DNA of 64,000 nt from contig JAISTG010000076.1 of the NCBI GenBank assembly GCA_031272705.1, positions 19,204 through 83,203 of the forward strand, given 5' to 3'. The stretch comes from Bacteroidales bacterium (GTDB lineage: Bacteria > Bacteroidota > Bacteroidia > Bacteroidales > P3). Within the stretch, counting starts at the first letter, position 1. Each line of letters begins with the position of its first letter. Under the pieces are notes generated by a model. The model searched no databases. It was not told the DNA's origin and was given only the letters and a program-made list of their open reading frames with translations. Positions 37,607-46,910 of this stretch are shown here, in pieces. Both the position numbers and the translations under genes were made by a program.

Positions 37607-38792
37607 TTGTTATTTGTTTTGAATGTTTTGAGGGATTGTTTTCGCCGAAGAAATGTTTGTTTAAGTCCTCTATGATACCATATCCATTATTCATATAATC
37701 ACCTCCGAGATACCGAAGATTACAATCACTTGCCATAACGATAATTAAGTCGGCTGATTTCAATTCATCAAATCGGCTAACGCTGTCTATGCTCAACGGC
37801 ATATTGTATCGTCGAAGCGAGTCGGTATAATTGATTTCGTGATAGTAGTACCAATACTCCCCTTCTTTGAAAAGAGTATTTGAAATGTCGTGAAAAATTT
37901 GCCAATAGTAAGAATCGCTGACCACAATCGTTTTAAGACGGTGATAATTGCTGTCTATAATCATTTCATATTCGGGATAAGCCAAAGGAGTATTGGTTTT
38001 CATACGCCGGATTAAGTTAAGAGTGTTTTCGCAGTCCAAATCATTACCTTCAGCCTTGTCTTTGGGATTAAGAGATGTAATTTTGAATGAATTATTGCAG
38101 TATGTGCCTGCGGTAAAATACTTAATCAACGAATCAATTACAAACATCTGACTATACCTTGACCAATGTACGCCCGTCTTAGGAAAAAGCGGATAGGTCG
38201 CTGTGTCTTTCATAGCCACAAACCACGACAGTAAATCAATGTTTTCAACATTATAATGCTTACAAGCCTCAATATAGGTTGCGTGATTGGTGTGTGGCTG
38301 TTGCATTTTCAAGTATCGGTCGGGTATAAACTCAGGATAGAAACTTCCTTTGCCCGGTGCAAAGATTATAATCATTCTTTGACCTCGTTTTGCCAGCGTA
38401 TCCTGTAACCTTTTAATGACCTGTACTTTTCTATAAATGGAATCTTCGCCTAAATAATTGATTCCGTTTACCGCATCAATGTATCCCATGTGGTAAAGGA
38501 AGTTTTCTTTTCCCATAATCACGGTTTCATTTGGGCAAATGTTAAAACAGGAGTAATAAATCTGATTTCGCAGCCGTATGAAATCGTTATGAAATCCGCA
38601 ACTGTCGTTAAGATACTGTTGCATCTTTGACTGGTAATCGCCATTGAGCCAAGCACGTAAGGTTAATGAAGGTTTGTTTTGACTTGCTGCGGCATAACCG
38701 TTAAGTTCCTTCCCTGTGGAGAAAGGGAAAAGGGTTTGAACAAGCGACAAACTCAAAATCATTATAAGCAATATGTATAAGATACGTTTCAT
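37596..38792 (-). CDS. AlgJ/AlgX-like (DHHW/SGNH-type) O-acetylation accessory protein
   Basis: 398 aa with an N-terminal anchor. KTGVHWS resembles the (D/G)xHW motif. Overlaps the MBOAT start by 11 nt, the usual MBOAT partner arrangement. Confidence 0.5.
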   Translation of the reverse strand: MKRILYILLIMILSLSLVQTLFPFSTGKELNGYAAASQNKPSLTLRAWLNGDYQSKMQQYLNDSCGFHNDFIRLRNQIYYSCFNICPNETVIMGKENFLYHMGYIDAVNGINYLGEDSIYRKVQVIKRLQDTLAKRGQRMIIIFAPGKGSFYPEFIPDRYLKMQQPHTNHATYIEACKHYNVENIDLLSWFVAMKDTATYPLFPKTGVHWSRYSQMFVIDSLIKYFTAGTYCNNSFKITSLNPKDKAEGNDLDCENTLNLIRRMKTNTPLAYPEYEMIIDSNYHRLKTIVVSDSYYWQIFHDISNTLFKEGEYWYYYHEINYTDSLRRYNMPLSIDSVSRFDELKSADLIIVMASDCNLRYLGGDYMNNGYGIIEDLNKHFFGENNPSKHSKQITNGI

Positions 38793-38824
38793 TTTTGCTT
38801 CTGTTTCAGGTAAATTTTGGTTTG

Positions 38825-38832
38825 CAAAGATA
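38825..38832 (-). promoter_or_regulatory. -7 promoter box TAtcTTTG of the O-acyltransferase operon
   Basis: Lies 33 nt upstream of the ATG at 38792. The palindrome array begins about 25 bp further upstream. Confidence 0.55.
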
Positions 38833-38854
38833 TAAAATTTCCTTTTATTGCATT

Positions 38855-39175
38855 GAAAGCCCGTTTTAATTTCACGAAACCTAGGTTCTAAAAAAATGAA
38901 ACCTAGGTTTCGTGAAATTGAAACCTAGGTTCTAAAAAAATGAAACCTAGGTTTCGTGAAATTGAAACCTAGGTTCTAAAAAATTAAAACCTAGGTTTCG
39001 TGAAATTGAAACCTAGGTTCTAAAAAAATGAAACCTAGGTTTCGTGAAATTGAAACCTAGGTTCTAAAAAAATGAAACCTAGGTTTCGTGAAATTAAAAC
39101 CTAGGTTCTAAAAAAATGAAACCTAGGTTTCGTGAAATTAAAACCTAGGTTTCACAACTCACGAAACGGGCTTTC
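38855..39175. repeat. array of 13 AACCTAGGTT palindromes at exact 22-bp phasing (44-bp alternating unit), flanked by a 12-bp inverted repeat
   Basis: AACCTAGGTT starts at 38878+22n for n=0-12. Units alternate GAAACCTAGGTTCTAAAAAAAT and GAAACCTAGGTTTCGTGAAATT. The flanks GAAAGCCCGTTT (38855-38866) and AAACGGGCTTTC (39164-39175) are reverse complements. Confidence 0.95.
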
Positions 39176-39203
39176 GTCAAAATGAAACGCCGTTCCATAA
39201 CAA

Positions 39204-39234
39204 CAAAAAAAACGACGAACAAAACTGTTCGCCG
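39204..39234 (-). terminator. rho-independent terminator after rocD
   Basis: Minus-strand RNA reads CGGCGAAC-AGUUUU-GUUCGUCG followed by a U run, 30 nt past the rocD stop. Confidence 0.7.
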
Positions 39235-39264
39235 AAAATACAATTTATTATGCTTAGTAAAAGA

Positions 39265-40485
39265 TTATTCAAAAGAAAGGATAGCCGATTTGATTATTTC
39301 TATCGCTTCACGCAACTCGGCTTCGGTAATCACCAACGGAGGAGCAAACCGAATGATATGCTTGTGTGTAGGTTTGGCAAGCAAACCCATATCACGCATT
39401 TTCAGGCAAACGTCCCACGCTTCCTTGCCATTGCGAGGACGAATCACCACTGCATTCAACAGCCCCTTGCCTCTAACAAGTTCAATCATATCACTGTTAA
39501 TTTTAGATATTTCTTCACGGAAAATGTTGCCAAGATACGCTGCCTTTTCTGCCAACTTCTCTTCCTTTACAACTTCCAAAGCAGCAATTGCAACCTTTCC
39601 TGCAAGGCAGAAACCGCCAAAAGTAGAGCCATGTTCGCCCGGTCCTATAGTTAGCATCACCTCATCGTCAGCCAGAACCGCCGAAACAGGAATCACACCG
39701 CCCGAAAGAGCCTTGCCAAGTATAAGAATATCAGGACGAACGCCTTCATGGTCGCACGCAAGCAGTTTTCCGGTACGAGCAATGCCCGTCTGAACTTCGT
39801 CAGCAATGAAAAGAACATTATGTTTCTTGCAAATGTCATAGCATTTCTTCAAATAACCTTCGTCAGGTACGAAAACACCAGCCTCTCCCTGTATAGGCTC
39901 AAGCAGAAACGCCGCAACCTTATCGCCACACTTTGTAAGAACATCTTCCAACGCTTTACTGTCATTGTAAGGTATGCGAACAAAACCCGGAGTGAAAGGA
40001 CCATACTCACCATAACTCTCAGGGTCATTACTCATTGAAACGATTGAAATAGTACGTCCGTGAAAGTTTCCGTCACAACAAACTATTATCGCTTCATTTT
40101 CCGCAATACCTTTTACTCTATAGCCCCAACGACGAGCCAGTTTCAACGCTGTTTCATCTGCTTCCGCACCTGTGTTCATCGGCAATACCTTATCGTATCC
40201 AAAATATTCTGTTACATATTTTTCATAAGGTCCAAGAGTGTCGTTATAAAATGCTCTTGAAGTAAGAGTTAGAGTTTGTGCCTGTTCGCAAAGAGCCTCT
40301 ACGATTTTCGGATGGCAATGCCCTTGATTTACCGCTGAATATGCGGAAAGGAAATCAAAATAACGTTTCCCTTCTACGTCCCAAACATAAGCCCCTTTCC
40401 CTTTTGATAAAACTACCGGCAAAGGATGGTAATTGTGAGCCCCATAATGATGCTCCATTTCCATTAACTGTTCTGATTTTGTCAT
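39265..40485 (-). CDS. rocD: ornithine aminotransferase (ornithine--oxo-acid transaminase)
   Basis: ORF trimmed to [59 protein letters not shown] and the PLP lysine context (ILGKALSGG). Confidence 0.9.
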   Translation of the reverse strand: MTKSEQLMEMEHHYGAHNYHPLPVVLSKGKGAYVWDVEGKRYFDFLSAYSAVNQGHCHPKIVEALCEQAQTLTLTSRAFYNDTLGPYEKYVTEYFGYDKVLPMNTGAEADETALKLARRWGYRVKGIAENEAIIVCCDGNFHGRTISIVSMSNDPESYGEYGPFTPGFVRIPYNDSKALEDVLTKCGDKVAAFLLEPIQGEAGVFVPDEGYLKKCYDICKKHNVLFIADEVQTGIARTGKLLACDHEGVRPDILILGKALSGGVIPVSAVLADDEVMLTIGPGEHGSTFGGFCLAGKVAIAALEVVKEEKLAEKAAYLGNIFREEISKINSDMIELVRGKGLLNAVVIRPRNGKEAWDVCLKMRDMGLLAKPTHKHIIRFAPPLVITEAELREAIEIIKSAILSFE

Positions 40486-40518
40486 ATTTAGATATATTTT
40501 TATTTTAATTTGAGGTTG

Positions 40519-40526
40519 CAAAGATA
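40519..40526 (-). promoter_or_regulatory. -7 promoter box TAtcTTTG
   Basis: Lies 34 nt upstream of the rocD ATG at 40485. Confidence 0.55.
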
Positions 40527-40643
40527 GCATAAATTTTTCAATTATACGCAAACTAACAAAAATATTGGCAAGACTGACGTCTCATCAATCCGTACAACAG
40601 ATTAGTTTTCTTATATTTGCATAATAAAGAAACCAAATAATAT

Positions 40644-40715
40644 ATGAATATATCGGGTTTGGAAGTGCATAAAGATAGTATATTGTGTATGCTTTACGAT
40701 GGAAAAACCATTTGA
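40644..40715 (+). pseudogene. possible 23-codon stub of an IS110-family transposase
   Basis: MNISGLEVHKDSILCMLYDGKTI-stop resembles the M..(I/V)G(I/L)DVHK(D/K)S(I/F)..C N-termini of IS110-family DEDD transposases. A TAtaTTTG box at 40612-40619 precedes it and repeat array G follows directly. Confidence 0.3.
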
Positions 40716-40735
40716 AAACCGTACTTTAATTTTTT

Positions 40736-40856
40736 TAAGTCTTGATTTCCGTTTCCTATAATCAATTTACAGCACGCTAGAATCAAATTACAGAAGTTTA
40801 TAATCAAATTCTAGCGTTCTATAATTTGATTATAGATTTTTAGAATCAAGTTTCAG
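40736..40856. repeat. 21-bp-phased AAT-CAA-ATT module array, locus G (6 modules)
   Basis: Cores at 40739 (GTCTTGATT, -), 40760 (AATCAATTT), 40781(+), 40802(+), 40823(-) and 40844 (AATCAAGTT). Confidence 0.9.
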
Positions 40857-40881
40857 AAAAGCAGGGTTTGAAAAACGATTT

Positions 40882-42093
40882 TTATTTGCGGAAAATAGCC
40901 GTTGCTCTGTTGAAAATGCCGTTCAAATATGCGATTGCAAGCCCGTAATTGCTAACAGGAATGTGATTTTCCAAAGCAGGCAGGAGACGAGATTTGAGTT
41001 GGCGATGGGTAATCATACATCCGCCACACTGAATTATCATTGCGTAATCGGTTATTGGGCGTTCAATGCGAGATAAGCCTGCAACAGCCTCAAATTCAAG
41101 CCTTTTGCCCGTATATTTCCTTATCCATGCAGGCAGTTTTACGCGTCCAATATCTTCACACGTCGGTTGATGAGAACAGGATTCAAGCATAAGCACACGG
41201 TCACCATCTTTAAGTTTATCAATGTGCGGAGTACCAACGATATAATCATCAAAACACCCCTTCAAATGAGCCAGCACAATAGAGAAACTTGTCAGCGGTA
41301 TATCATTAGGCACTATCCCGGATACAAATTCAAAAGCCTGAGAATCGGTTATGACTAACGCCGGCTTACTATAAACACTTGACAATGTATATCTTAATTC
41401 CGTTTCCTTCACAACAATGTTTATGGCATCATTATCAAGCACATCACGTATCAACTGCACTTGTGGCAAAATCATACGCCCTTCGGGAGCAGAGGAATCA
41501 ATAGGAGTAACCAGTATTACAATATTTTGCGGCTTTATTATACCTTCTAAAATCCCTTTTTTTTGATATGACGTTGGTGGAATGGTTTCACGTATTTTTT
41601 GAGTTAGATTTGCAATGTCTTCTCTGTTCGTTACGGAGACGGAAAGTACCGAATGAGAATACGTTTTCTTTATTTCCATTTCCAATTTTGCAGAAAGAGG
41701 GGTACAATCCGCTTTATTGCTCACCACGATGTAAGGTATGGCGTACCGCAAACACTGCTTTATAATATCTTCTTCCGGTTTATCAAACTCATTTTCAGCA
41801 ATTACCAACACTGCAAGGTCAATCTGTGCAAATGTTTCCATTGCTCGCTGCACTCTTTGCTCACCCAACAACGATGTATCATCAATACCAGCCGTGTCAA
41901 TCAGAACTGCCGCTCCTATTCCTTTGATTTCCATTGTTTTCTTCACGCTATCGGTTGTCGTTCCTGCAATATCGCTCACTATGGCAACATTCTGTCCCGA
42001 CAAAGCATTGATTAGCGAACTTTTACCGACATTACAACGCCCGAAAACACCTATATGCGGTTTTATTTCTCTACCCTTGTCCATTGTATTCAA
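40882..42093 (-). CDS. hydF: [FeFe]-hydrogenase H-cluster maturation GTPase HydF
   Basis: 403 aa. GRCNVGKSS P-loop, DTAG, NKAD, and C-terminal cluster ligands CSH...QCGGC. Confidence 0.8.
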   Translation of the reverse strand: MNTMDKGREIKPHIGVFGRCNVGKSSLINALSGQNVAIVSDIAGTTTDSVKKTMEIKGIGAAVLIDTAGIDDTSLLGEQRVQRAMETFAQIDLAVLVIAENEFDKPEEDIIKQCLRYAIPYIVVSNKADCTPLSAKLEMEIKKTYSHSVLSVSVTNREDIANLTQKIRETIPPTSYQKKGILEGIIKPQNIVILVTPIDSSAPEGRMILPQVQLIRDVLDNDAINIVVKETELRYTLSSVYSKPALVITDSQAFEFVSGIVPNDIPLTSFSIVLAHLKGCFDDYIVGTPHIDKLKDGDRVLMLESCSHQPTCEDIGRVKLPAWIRKYTGKRLEFEAVAGLSRIERPITDYAMIIQCGGCMITHRQLKSRLLPALENHIPVSNYGLAIAYLNGIFNRATAIFRK

Positions 42094-42219
42094 ATTTGTG
42101 GCAAAAGTAATCTTTTTTTGGAAATTTATTGCTTTATGTCCATACTTCTAAACGCCACTTCACATTCCCGCAATGCAATTACAGAAATCCAAAATGGCGT
42201 TTTGGAAAATTTTATAAAG

Positions 42220-42531
42220 TTATGCTTGCCCTATTGGGTTAATTTGTTCATACTGAACGCCCTGTTCCATATCCTTAATTGCTCCATGCTGCATCTCATA
42301 CTTGTCAAGATTATCTTTCAAAGCATATAACAAACGCTTGGCATGCTGAGGGTTAAGAATAACTCTTGATTTCACCTGAGCCTTAGGCATTGCGGGCATC
42401 ACCTGTACAAAGTCTATTATAACTTCTGTTGGAGAATGAGTTACTATTTGCAGATTACTATATATTCCAGAGGCAATCTCGGCACTCAATTCTATATCTA
42501 ACTGCTTATTATTATTGTTATTAGTAGCCAT
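42220..42531 (-). CDS. DUF3467 domain protein
   Basis: 103 aa. GIYSNLQIVTHSPTEVIIDF...RVILNPQHAKRLL matches the small conserved protein found just downstream of rpoC in Bacteroidota. Confidence 0.7.
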   Translation of the reverse strand: MATNNNNNKQLDIELSAEIASGIYSNLQIVTHSPTEVIIDFVQVMPAMPKAQVKSRVILNPQHAKRLLYALKDNLDKYEMQHGAIKDMEQGVQYEQINPIGQA

Positions 42532-42536
42532 AATTA

Positions 42537-45500
42537 TTATTTTGCTGTTTTATTGTTTTTCGCTCCTGAAATCTTTGAGGCAGTCAATTCCACCAATTCG
42601 TTCTTGTTTGCCACAAAGGTATCTCTGTATTCTCTCAAACCAGTTCCGGCAGGAATCAAATGACCGACAAGTACATTTTCTTTCATACCTTGCAGATAAT
42701 CAACCTTCGCATTGATTGTTGCATCGGTCAATACTTTGGTTGTTTCTTGGAAGGAAGCGGCTGAAAGGAAGGATTTGGTTTGAAGTGAAGCCTTTGTGAT
42801 ACCCTGTAATATCTGTTTTGCAGTTGCAGGTCTTGCCTCACGAGCCTGTATCAGAACTTTGTCATGGCGTTTCAGTATAGAGTTTTCATCTCTTAACTTT
42901 CTTGCTGAAATTATTTGACCGTTTGAACAGTTTTCACTTTCGCCTTTGTCTTCTATAACCTTCATTCCAAAAATTTTATCGTTTTCTTCCTGAAAATCTA
43001 ACTTATTAACAACTTCGCTTTCAAGGAATCTGGTATCACCAGGGTCTTCTATCTCAACCTTACGCATCATTTGACGAACTATAACTTCAAAATGCTTATC
43101 GTTAATTTTTACACCCTGTAATCTATATACTTCCTGTACTTCATTAACAATGTATTCCTGAACCTTCATAGGTCCTTTTATAGCAAGGATGTCGGCAGGT
43201 GTAATAACGCCTTCGGACAATGGTGTTCCTGCTTTAACGTAGTCATTTTCTTGAGCAAGAATTTGTTTGGTTGGAGAAATGAGGTATGAACGTGTTTCGC
43301 CCGTCTTACTTGTTATAACTATCTCTCTGTTACCACGTTTGAGTTTCTTATTGATAGAAACAACACCATCTATTTCAGCAACAATAGCAGGATCAGACGG
43401 ATTACGTGCTTCAAACAATTCGGTTACTCGAGGCAAACCTCCGGTTATATCACCCGCTTTACCAAACGAACGAGGTATCTTCACAAGACTACTACCCGCT
43501 TTGAGGGACTGCCCATTTTCAACCATAAGATGCGCCCCCACAGGAATGTCATAGGTTTTCAATATTTCACCCTTTGAATCCAATATACTAATAGAAGGAT
43601 TTTTGGTTTTTTGACGTGATTCTATTATAACCTTATCTGCCAATCCTGTCTGGTCATCAGTTTCCGTTTTGTAAGTAACTCCTTCCAAAATAGACTCAAA
43701 TGATACCTTACCACCAACTTCTGATATTATAACCGCATTGTAAGGATCCCATTCAGCAATAGCATCTCCCTTTTTTACATAAGAATTATTTGCAAAGTAA
43801 AGTTTAGATCCATAAGGTATATTGTCCGAAACAAGAATAGAGTTTGTCTCCGTATCCATTATTCGCATTTCGGCAGAACGTCCTATCACTATATTTATAT
43901 TTTCGCCTTCTTCGGTCTTATACTTCACATCTCTTAACTCATCTATTTGCAAAAGACCATCGTATTTTGCTATAATTTTTGAACTTGTTCCTATATTACC
44001 ACCTGCAACACCACCAACGTGGAATGTACGCAATGTAAGCTGTGTTCCCGGCTCACCAATAGACTGAGCAGCAATCACACCAACCGATTCGCCTTTTTGT
44101 ACCATCTTAGCCGTAGCAAGATTACGTCCATAGCACTTTGCACAAACACCCTGTTTTGCTTCACAAGTAAGCACCGAACGTATTTCTACTTCTTCAACTG
44201 GAGACTCTTCTATCGTTTTGCATATTTCTTCATTCAATTCATCTCCTGCTTTTGCCAAAACTTCCCCCGTTTGAGGATGAATAATATCATGCAGCGTAAC
44301 TCTACCCAATATTCTGTCATATAATGTCTGTACTACTTCTTCATTCTTTTTTAATGCTGTAGTAGGAATACCTCTCAAAGTTCCACAATCTTCTTCTGTA
44401 ATAATGACATCGTGAGCCACATCAACCAAACGCCTTGTTAAATATCCTGCATCGGCTGTTTTTAATGCAGTATCAGCAAGACCTTTTCTTGCTCCGTGAG
44501 TAGATATAAAGTATTCAAGGACAGACAAACCTTCTCTAAAATTGGATATAATAGGGTTTTCAATAATTTCTGCACCTGATGAACCAGATTTTTGAGGTTT
44601 AGCCATCAATCCACGCATACCTGCCAACTGACGAATCTGCTCTTTACTACCACGAGCACCCGAATCCAACATCATATAAACAGGATTAAAGCCCTGCCTA
44701 TCTTCTGATATATGTGTTAATACCTCATCCGTCAATAAGCGATTAGTATCTGTCCAAATGTCTATTATCTGATTGTATCGTTCATTGTTAGTTATAAGAC
44801 CCATTTGATAATTAGTCATAACCTCATCTACTCTTTCTTCTGCAGTCTTAATCAACTTTACTTTCTCCTCTGGCACAATAACATCACTCAGATTGAAGGA
44901 TAAACCTCCCTTAAATGCCATACGATAACCCAAATTTTTTATATCATCAAGAAATTTGGCTGTTTTCGCCATACCGCAAACTTTAAGAATATCTCCAATA
45001 ATATCTCTTAATATACTTTTCTTTAATTCTGCATTTATGAAACCATATCCTTCGGGAACAACCATATTAAACAAGACTCGTCCTACCGTAGTTTCTATTA
45101 GTTGTGATTTCATTTTACTCTTTGATTTGCTTTTTACCTTATCCGTATCTTTTAATTTAATCCATGCATGTAAATCTATAGCCTTTTCATTGTAAGCAAT
45201 CTGTACTTCTTCATAAGAATAAAATGTTTTGCCTTCACCTTTTACTGCTTCTCTGTTATTGCTCTTGCGACCCTTTGTCATATAATACAAACCCAAAACC
45301 ATATCCTGTGAAGGTACAGTAATAGGAGCACCATTGGCAGGATTAAGAATGTTATGAGAAGCAAGCATAAGCATTTGTGCCTCCAATACGGCAGCATTTC
45401 CAAGCGGTACATGAACAGCCATCTGGTCTCCATCAAAGTCCGCATTAAACGCAGTACAAACAAGCGGATGAAGACGTATTGCCTTACCTTCAACTAAACG

Positions 45501-46859
45501 AGGCTGAAAAGCCTGTATTCCTAATCGGTGAAGAGTTGGAGCACGATTCAAAAGAACAGGATGCCCTTTTATAACATTCTCCAAAATCTCCATAACAACA
45601 GCATCTTTTCTTTCAACTATCTTTTTAGCAGATTTAACTGTTTTAACAATGCCTCTTTCCAACATTTTACGAATGATAAATGGCTTAAACAATTCAGCAG
45701 CCATATCTTTAGGCAAGCCACATTCGTGCATTTGTAGATCAGGTCCTACAACAATAACCGAACGTCCTGAATAATCAACACGCTTACCCAATAAATTTTG
45801 ACGGAATCGTCCCTGCTTTCCTTTCAAACTGTCGGACAAAGATTTTAATGCTCTATTTGATTCTGTCTTAACAGAAGATGTTTTACGAGAATTGTCAAAT
45901 AAAGAATCCACAGCCTCCTGCAACATGCGTTTCTCATTACGCATAATTACATCCGGGGCTTTGATTTCAACAAGTCTTTTCAGACGATTATTTCTTATAA
46001 TAACTCTGCGATACAGGTCATTCAAGTCGGAAGTAGCAAAACGCCCTCCATCCAATGGAACTAATGGTCGCAAATCCGGAGGAATAACAGGAATAACTTT
46101 AATAATCATCCACTCAGGTCGATTCTCAACTCTTGACTGAGATTCTCTAAAAGCCTCAACAATATTTAACCTCTTTAATGCATCTTGCTTGCGTTGTTGC
46201 GATGTTTCTGTATTTGCCTTGTGGCGTAATTCATAAGAAAGTTTATCCAAATCAAGTTTTCTCAACAAGTCATATATGGCTTCAGCGCCCATTTTAGCAA
46301 TAAACTTATTTGGGTCATCATCATCAAGAATTTGGTTATCAGATGGCAAGTTTTCTATAATTGAAAAGTACTCTTCTTCACTTAAAAAATCTAATTGCTT
46401 TATTCCATCCTGTTCTTTAATTCCAGGATTTACAACAACATATTTTTCATAATAAATAATCTGATCTAATTTTTTGCTTTGCACTCCAAGCAATGCCCCA
46501 ATTTTATTAGGTAGAGAGCGAAAAAACCATATATGTGCAACAGGTACAACAAGTTGTATATGTCCCATTCTTTCTCTGCGGACTTTCTTTTCTGTAACCT
46601 CAACACCACATCTATCACATATAATTCCCTTGTAGCGAATGCGTTTGTACTTACCACAATGACACTCCCAATCTCTTGTAGGACCAAATATACGTTCACA
46701 GAAAAGACCATCTCTTTCTGGCTTGTAAGTCCTGTAATTTATGGTTTCTGGCTTTAAGACCTCGCCTCTCGAACGATGCAAAACCGATTCGGGAGAAGCT
46801 AAACTGATAGTTATTGCATTAAAACTATTGTTTGTCAAATTTTCTTTATTTGTTGCCAT
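42537..46859 (-). CDS. rpoC: DNA-directed RNA polymerase subunit beta'
   Basis: 1440 aa. Zinc-finger [20 protein letters not shown] and catalytic [12 protein letters not shown]. Confidence 0.98.
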   Translation of the reverse strand: MATNKENLTNNSFNAITISLASPESVLHRSRGEVLKPETINYRTYKPERDGLFCERIFGPTRDWECHCGKYKRIRYKGIICDRCGVEVTEKKVRRERMGHIQLVVPVAHIWFFRSLPNKIGALLGVQSKKLDQIIYYEKYVVVNPGIKEQDGIKQLDFLSEEEYFSIIENLPSDNQILDDDDPNKFIAKMGAEAIYDLLRKLDLDKLSYELRHKANTETSQQRKQDALKRLNIVEAFRESQSRVENRPEWMIIKVIPVIPPDLRPLVPLDGGRFATSDLNDLYRRVIIRNNRLKRLVEIKAPDVIMRNEKRMLQEAVDSLFDNSRKTSSVKTESNRALKSLSDSLKGKQGRFRQNLLGKRVDYSGRSVIVVGPDLQMHECGLPKDMAAELFKPFIIRKMLERGIVKTVKSAKKIVERKDAVVMEILENVIKGHPVLLNRAPTLHRLGIQAFQPRLVEGKAIRLHPLVCTAFNADFDGDQMAVHVPLGNAAVLEAQMLMLASHNILNPANGAPITVPSQDMVLGLYYMTKGRKSNNREAVKGEGKTFYSYEEVQIAYNEKAIDLHAWIKLKDTDKVKSKSKSKMKSQLIETTVGRVLFNMVVPEGYGFINAELKKSILRDIIGDILKVCGMAKTAKFLDDIKNLGYRMAFKGGLSFNLSDVIVPEEKVKLIKTAEERVDEVMTNYQMGLITNNERYNQIIDIWTDTNRLLTDEVLTHISEDRQGFNPVYMMLDSGARGSKEQIRQLAGMRGLMAKPQKSGSSGAEIIENPIISNFREGLSVLEYFISTHGARKGLADTALKTADAGYLTRRLVDVAHDVIITEEDCGTLRGIPTTALKKNEEVVQTLYDRILGRVTLHDIIHPQTGEVLAKAGDELNEEICKTIEESPVEEVEIRSVLTCEAKQGVCAKCYGRNLATAKMVQKGESVGVIAAQSIGEPGTQLTLRTFHVGGVAGGNIGTSSKIIAKYDGLLQIDELRDVKYKTEEGENINIVIGRSAEMRIMDTETNSILVSDNIPYGSKLYFANNSYVKKGDAIAEWDPYNAVIISEVGGKVSFESILEGVTYKTETDDQTGLADKVIIESRQKTKNPSISILDSKGEILKTYDIPVGAHLMVENGQSLKAGSSLVKIPRSFGKAGDITGGLPRVTELFEARNPSDPAIVAEIDGVVSINKKLKRGNREIVITSKTGETRSYLISPTKQILAQENDYVKAGTPLSEGVITPADILAIKGPMKVQEYIVNEVQEVYRLQGVKINDKHFEVIVRQMMRKVEIEDPGDTRFLESEVVNKLDFQEENDKIFGMKVIEDKGESENCSNGQIISARKLRDENSILKRHDKVLIQAREARPATAKQILQGITKASLQTKSFLSAASFQETTKVLTDATINAKVDYLQGMKENVLVGHLIPAGTGLREYRDTFVANKNELVELTASKISGAKNNKTAK

Positions 46860-46910
46860 ATATTTTATTGACCTTATTTCATTATTTATTTATCAGTGCA
46901 TACTGATACT

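Noticed and set aside
38871-39160. Regularly spaced 22-bp repeats that look like a CRISPR array at first glance
   Set aside because: The would-be spacers are themselves only two alternating sequences (CTAAAAAAATGA and TCGTGAAATTGA-type). The repeat period of 22 bp is far too short, and there are no cas genes or leader. This is a tandem satellite, not CRISPR.
38855-39175. Iteron-type plasmid or chromosomal replication origin (22-bp iterons as in R6K/RK2-type origins)
   Set aside because: No rep/dnaA gene, DnaA boxes or AT-rich unwinding element with the expected layout is nearby, and the surroundings are chromosomal housekeeping genes. The periodicity resemblance is noted, but origin function is unsupported.
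39182-39793. Long antisense ORFs inside rocD (39182..39793, 39250..39654). Similar shadow ORFs occur inside ompA-like (24328..24872), ppdK (31108..31638, 32333..32779), rplL (50841..51266), rpoB/rpoC and the large CTD protein (62757..63275).
   Set aside because: Each lies fully within a strongly supported gene on the opposite strand. They have low-complexity or Ser/Pro/Cys-rich translations and lack promoter boxes. These are typical shadow ORFs.
42150-42202. Possible eighth, degenerate copy of the array family between hydF and the DUF3467 gene (AATGCAATTACAGAAATCC inside an AAACGCCA/TGGCGTTT hairpin)
   Set aside because: There is only one module-like 9-mer with a different centre (GCA) and no 21-bp phasing. 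Similarity to the locus D flank (AACGCCATTTT) is short. This is too weak to call.
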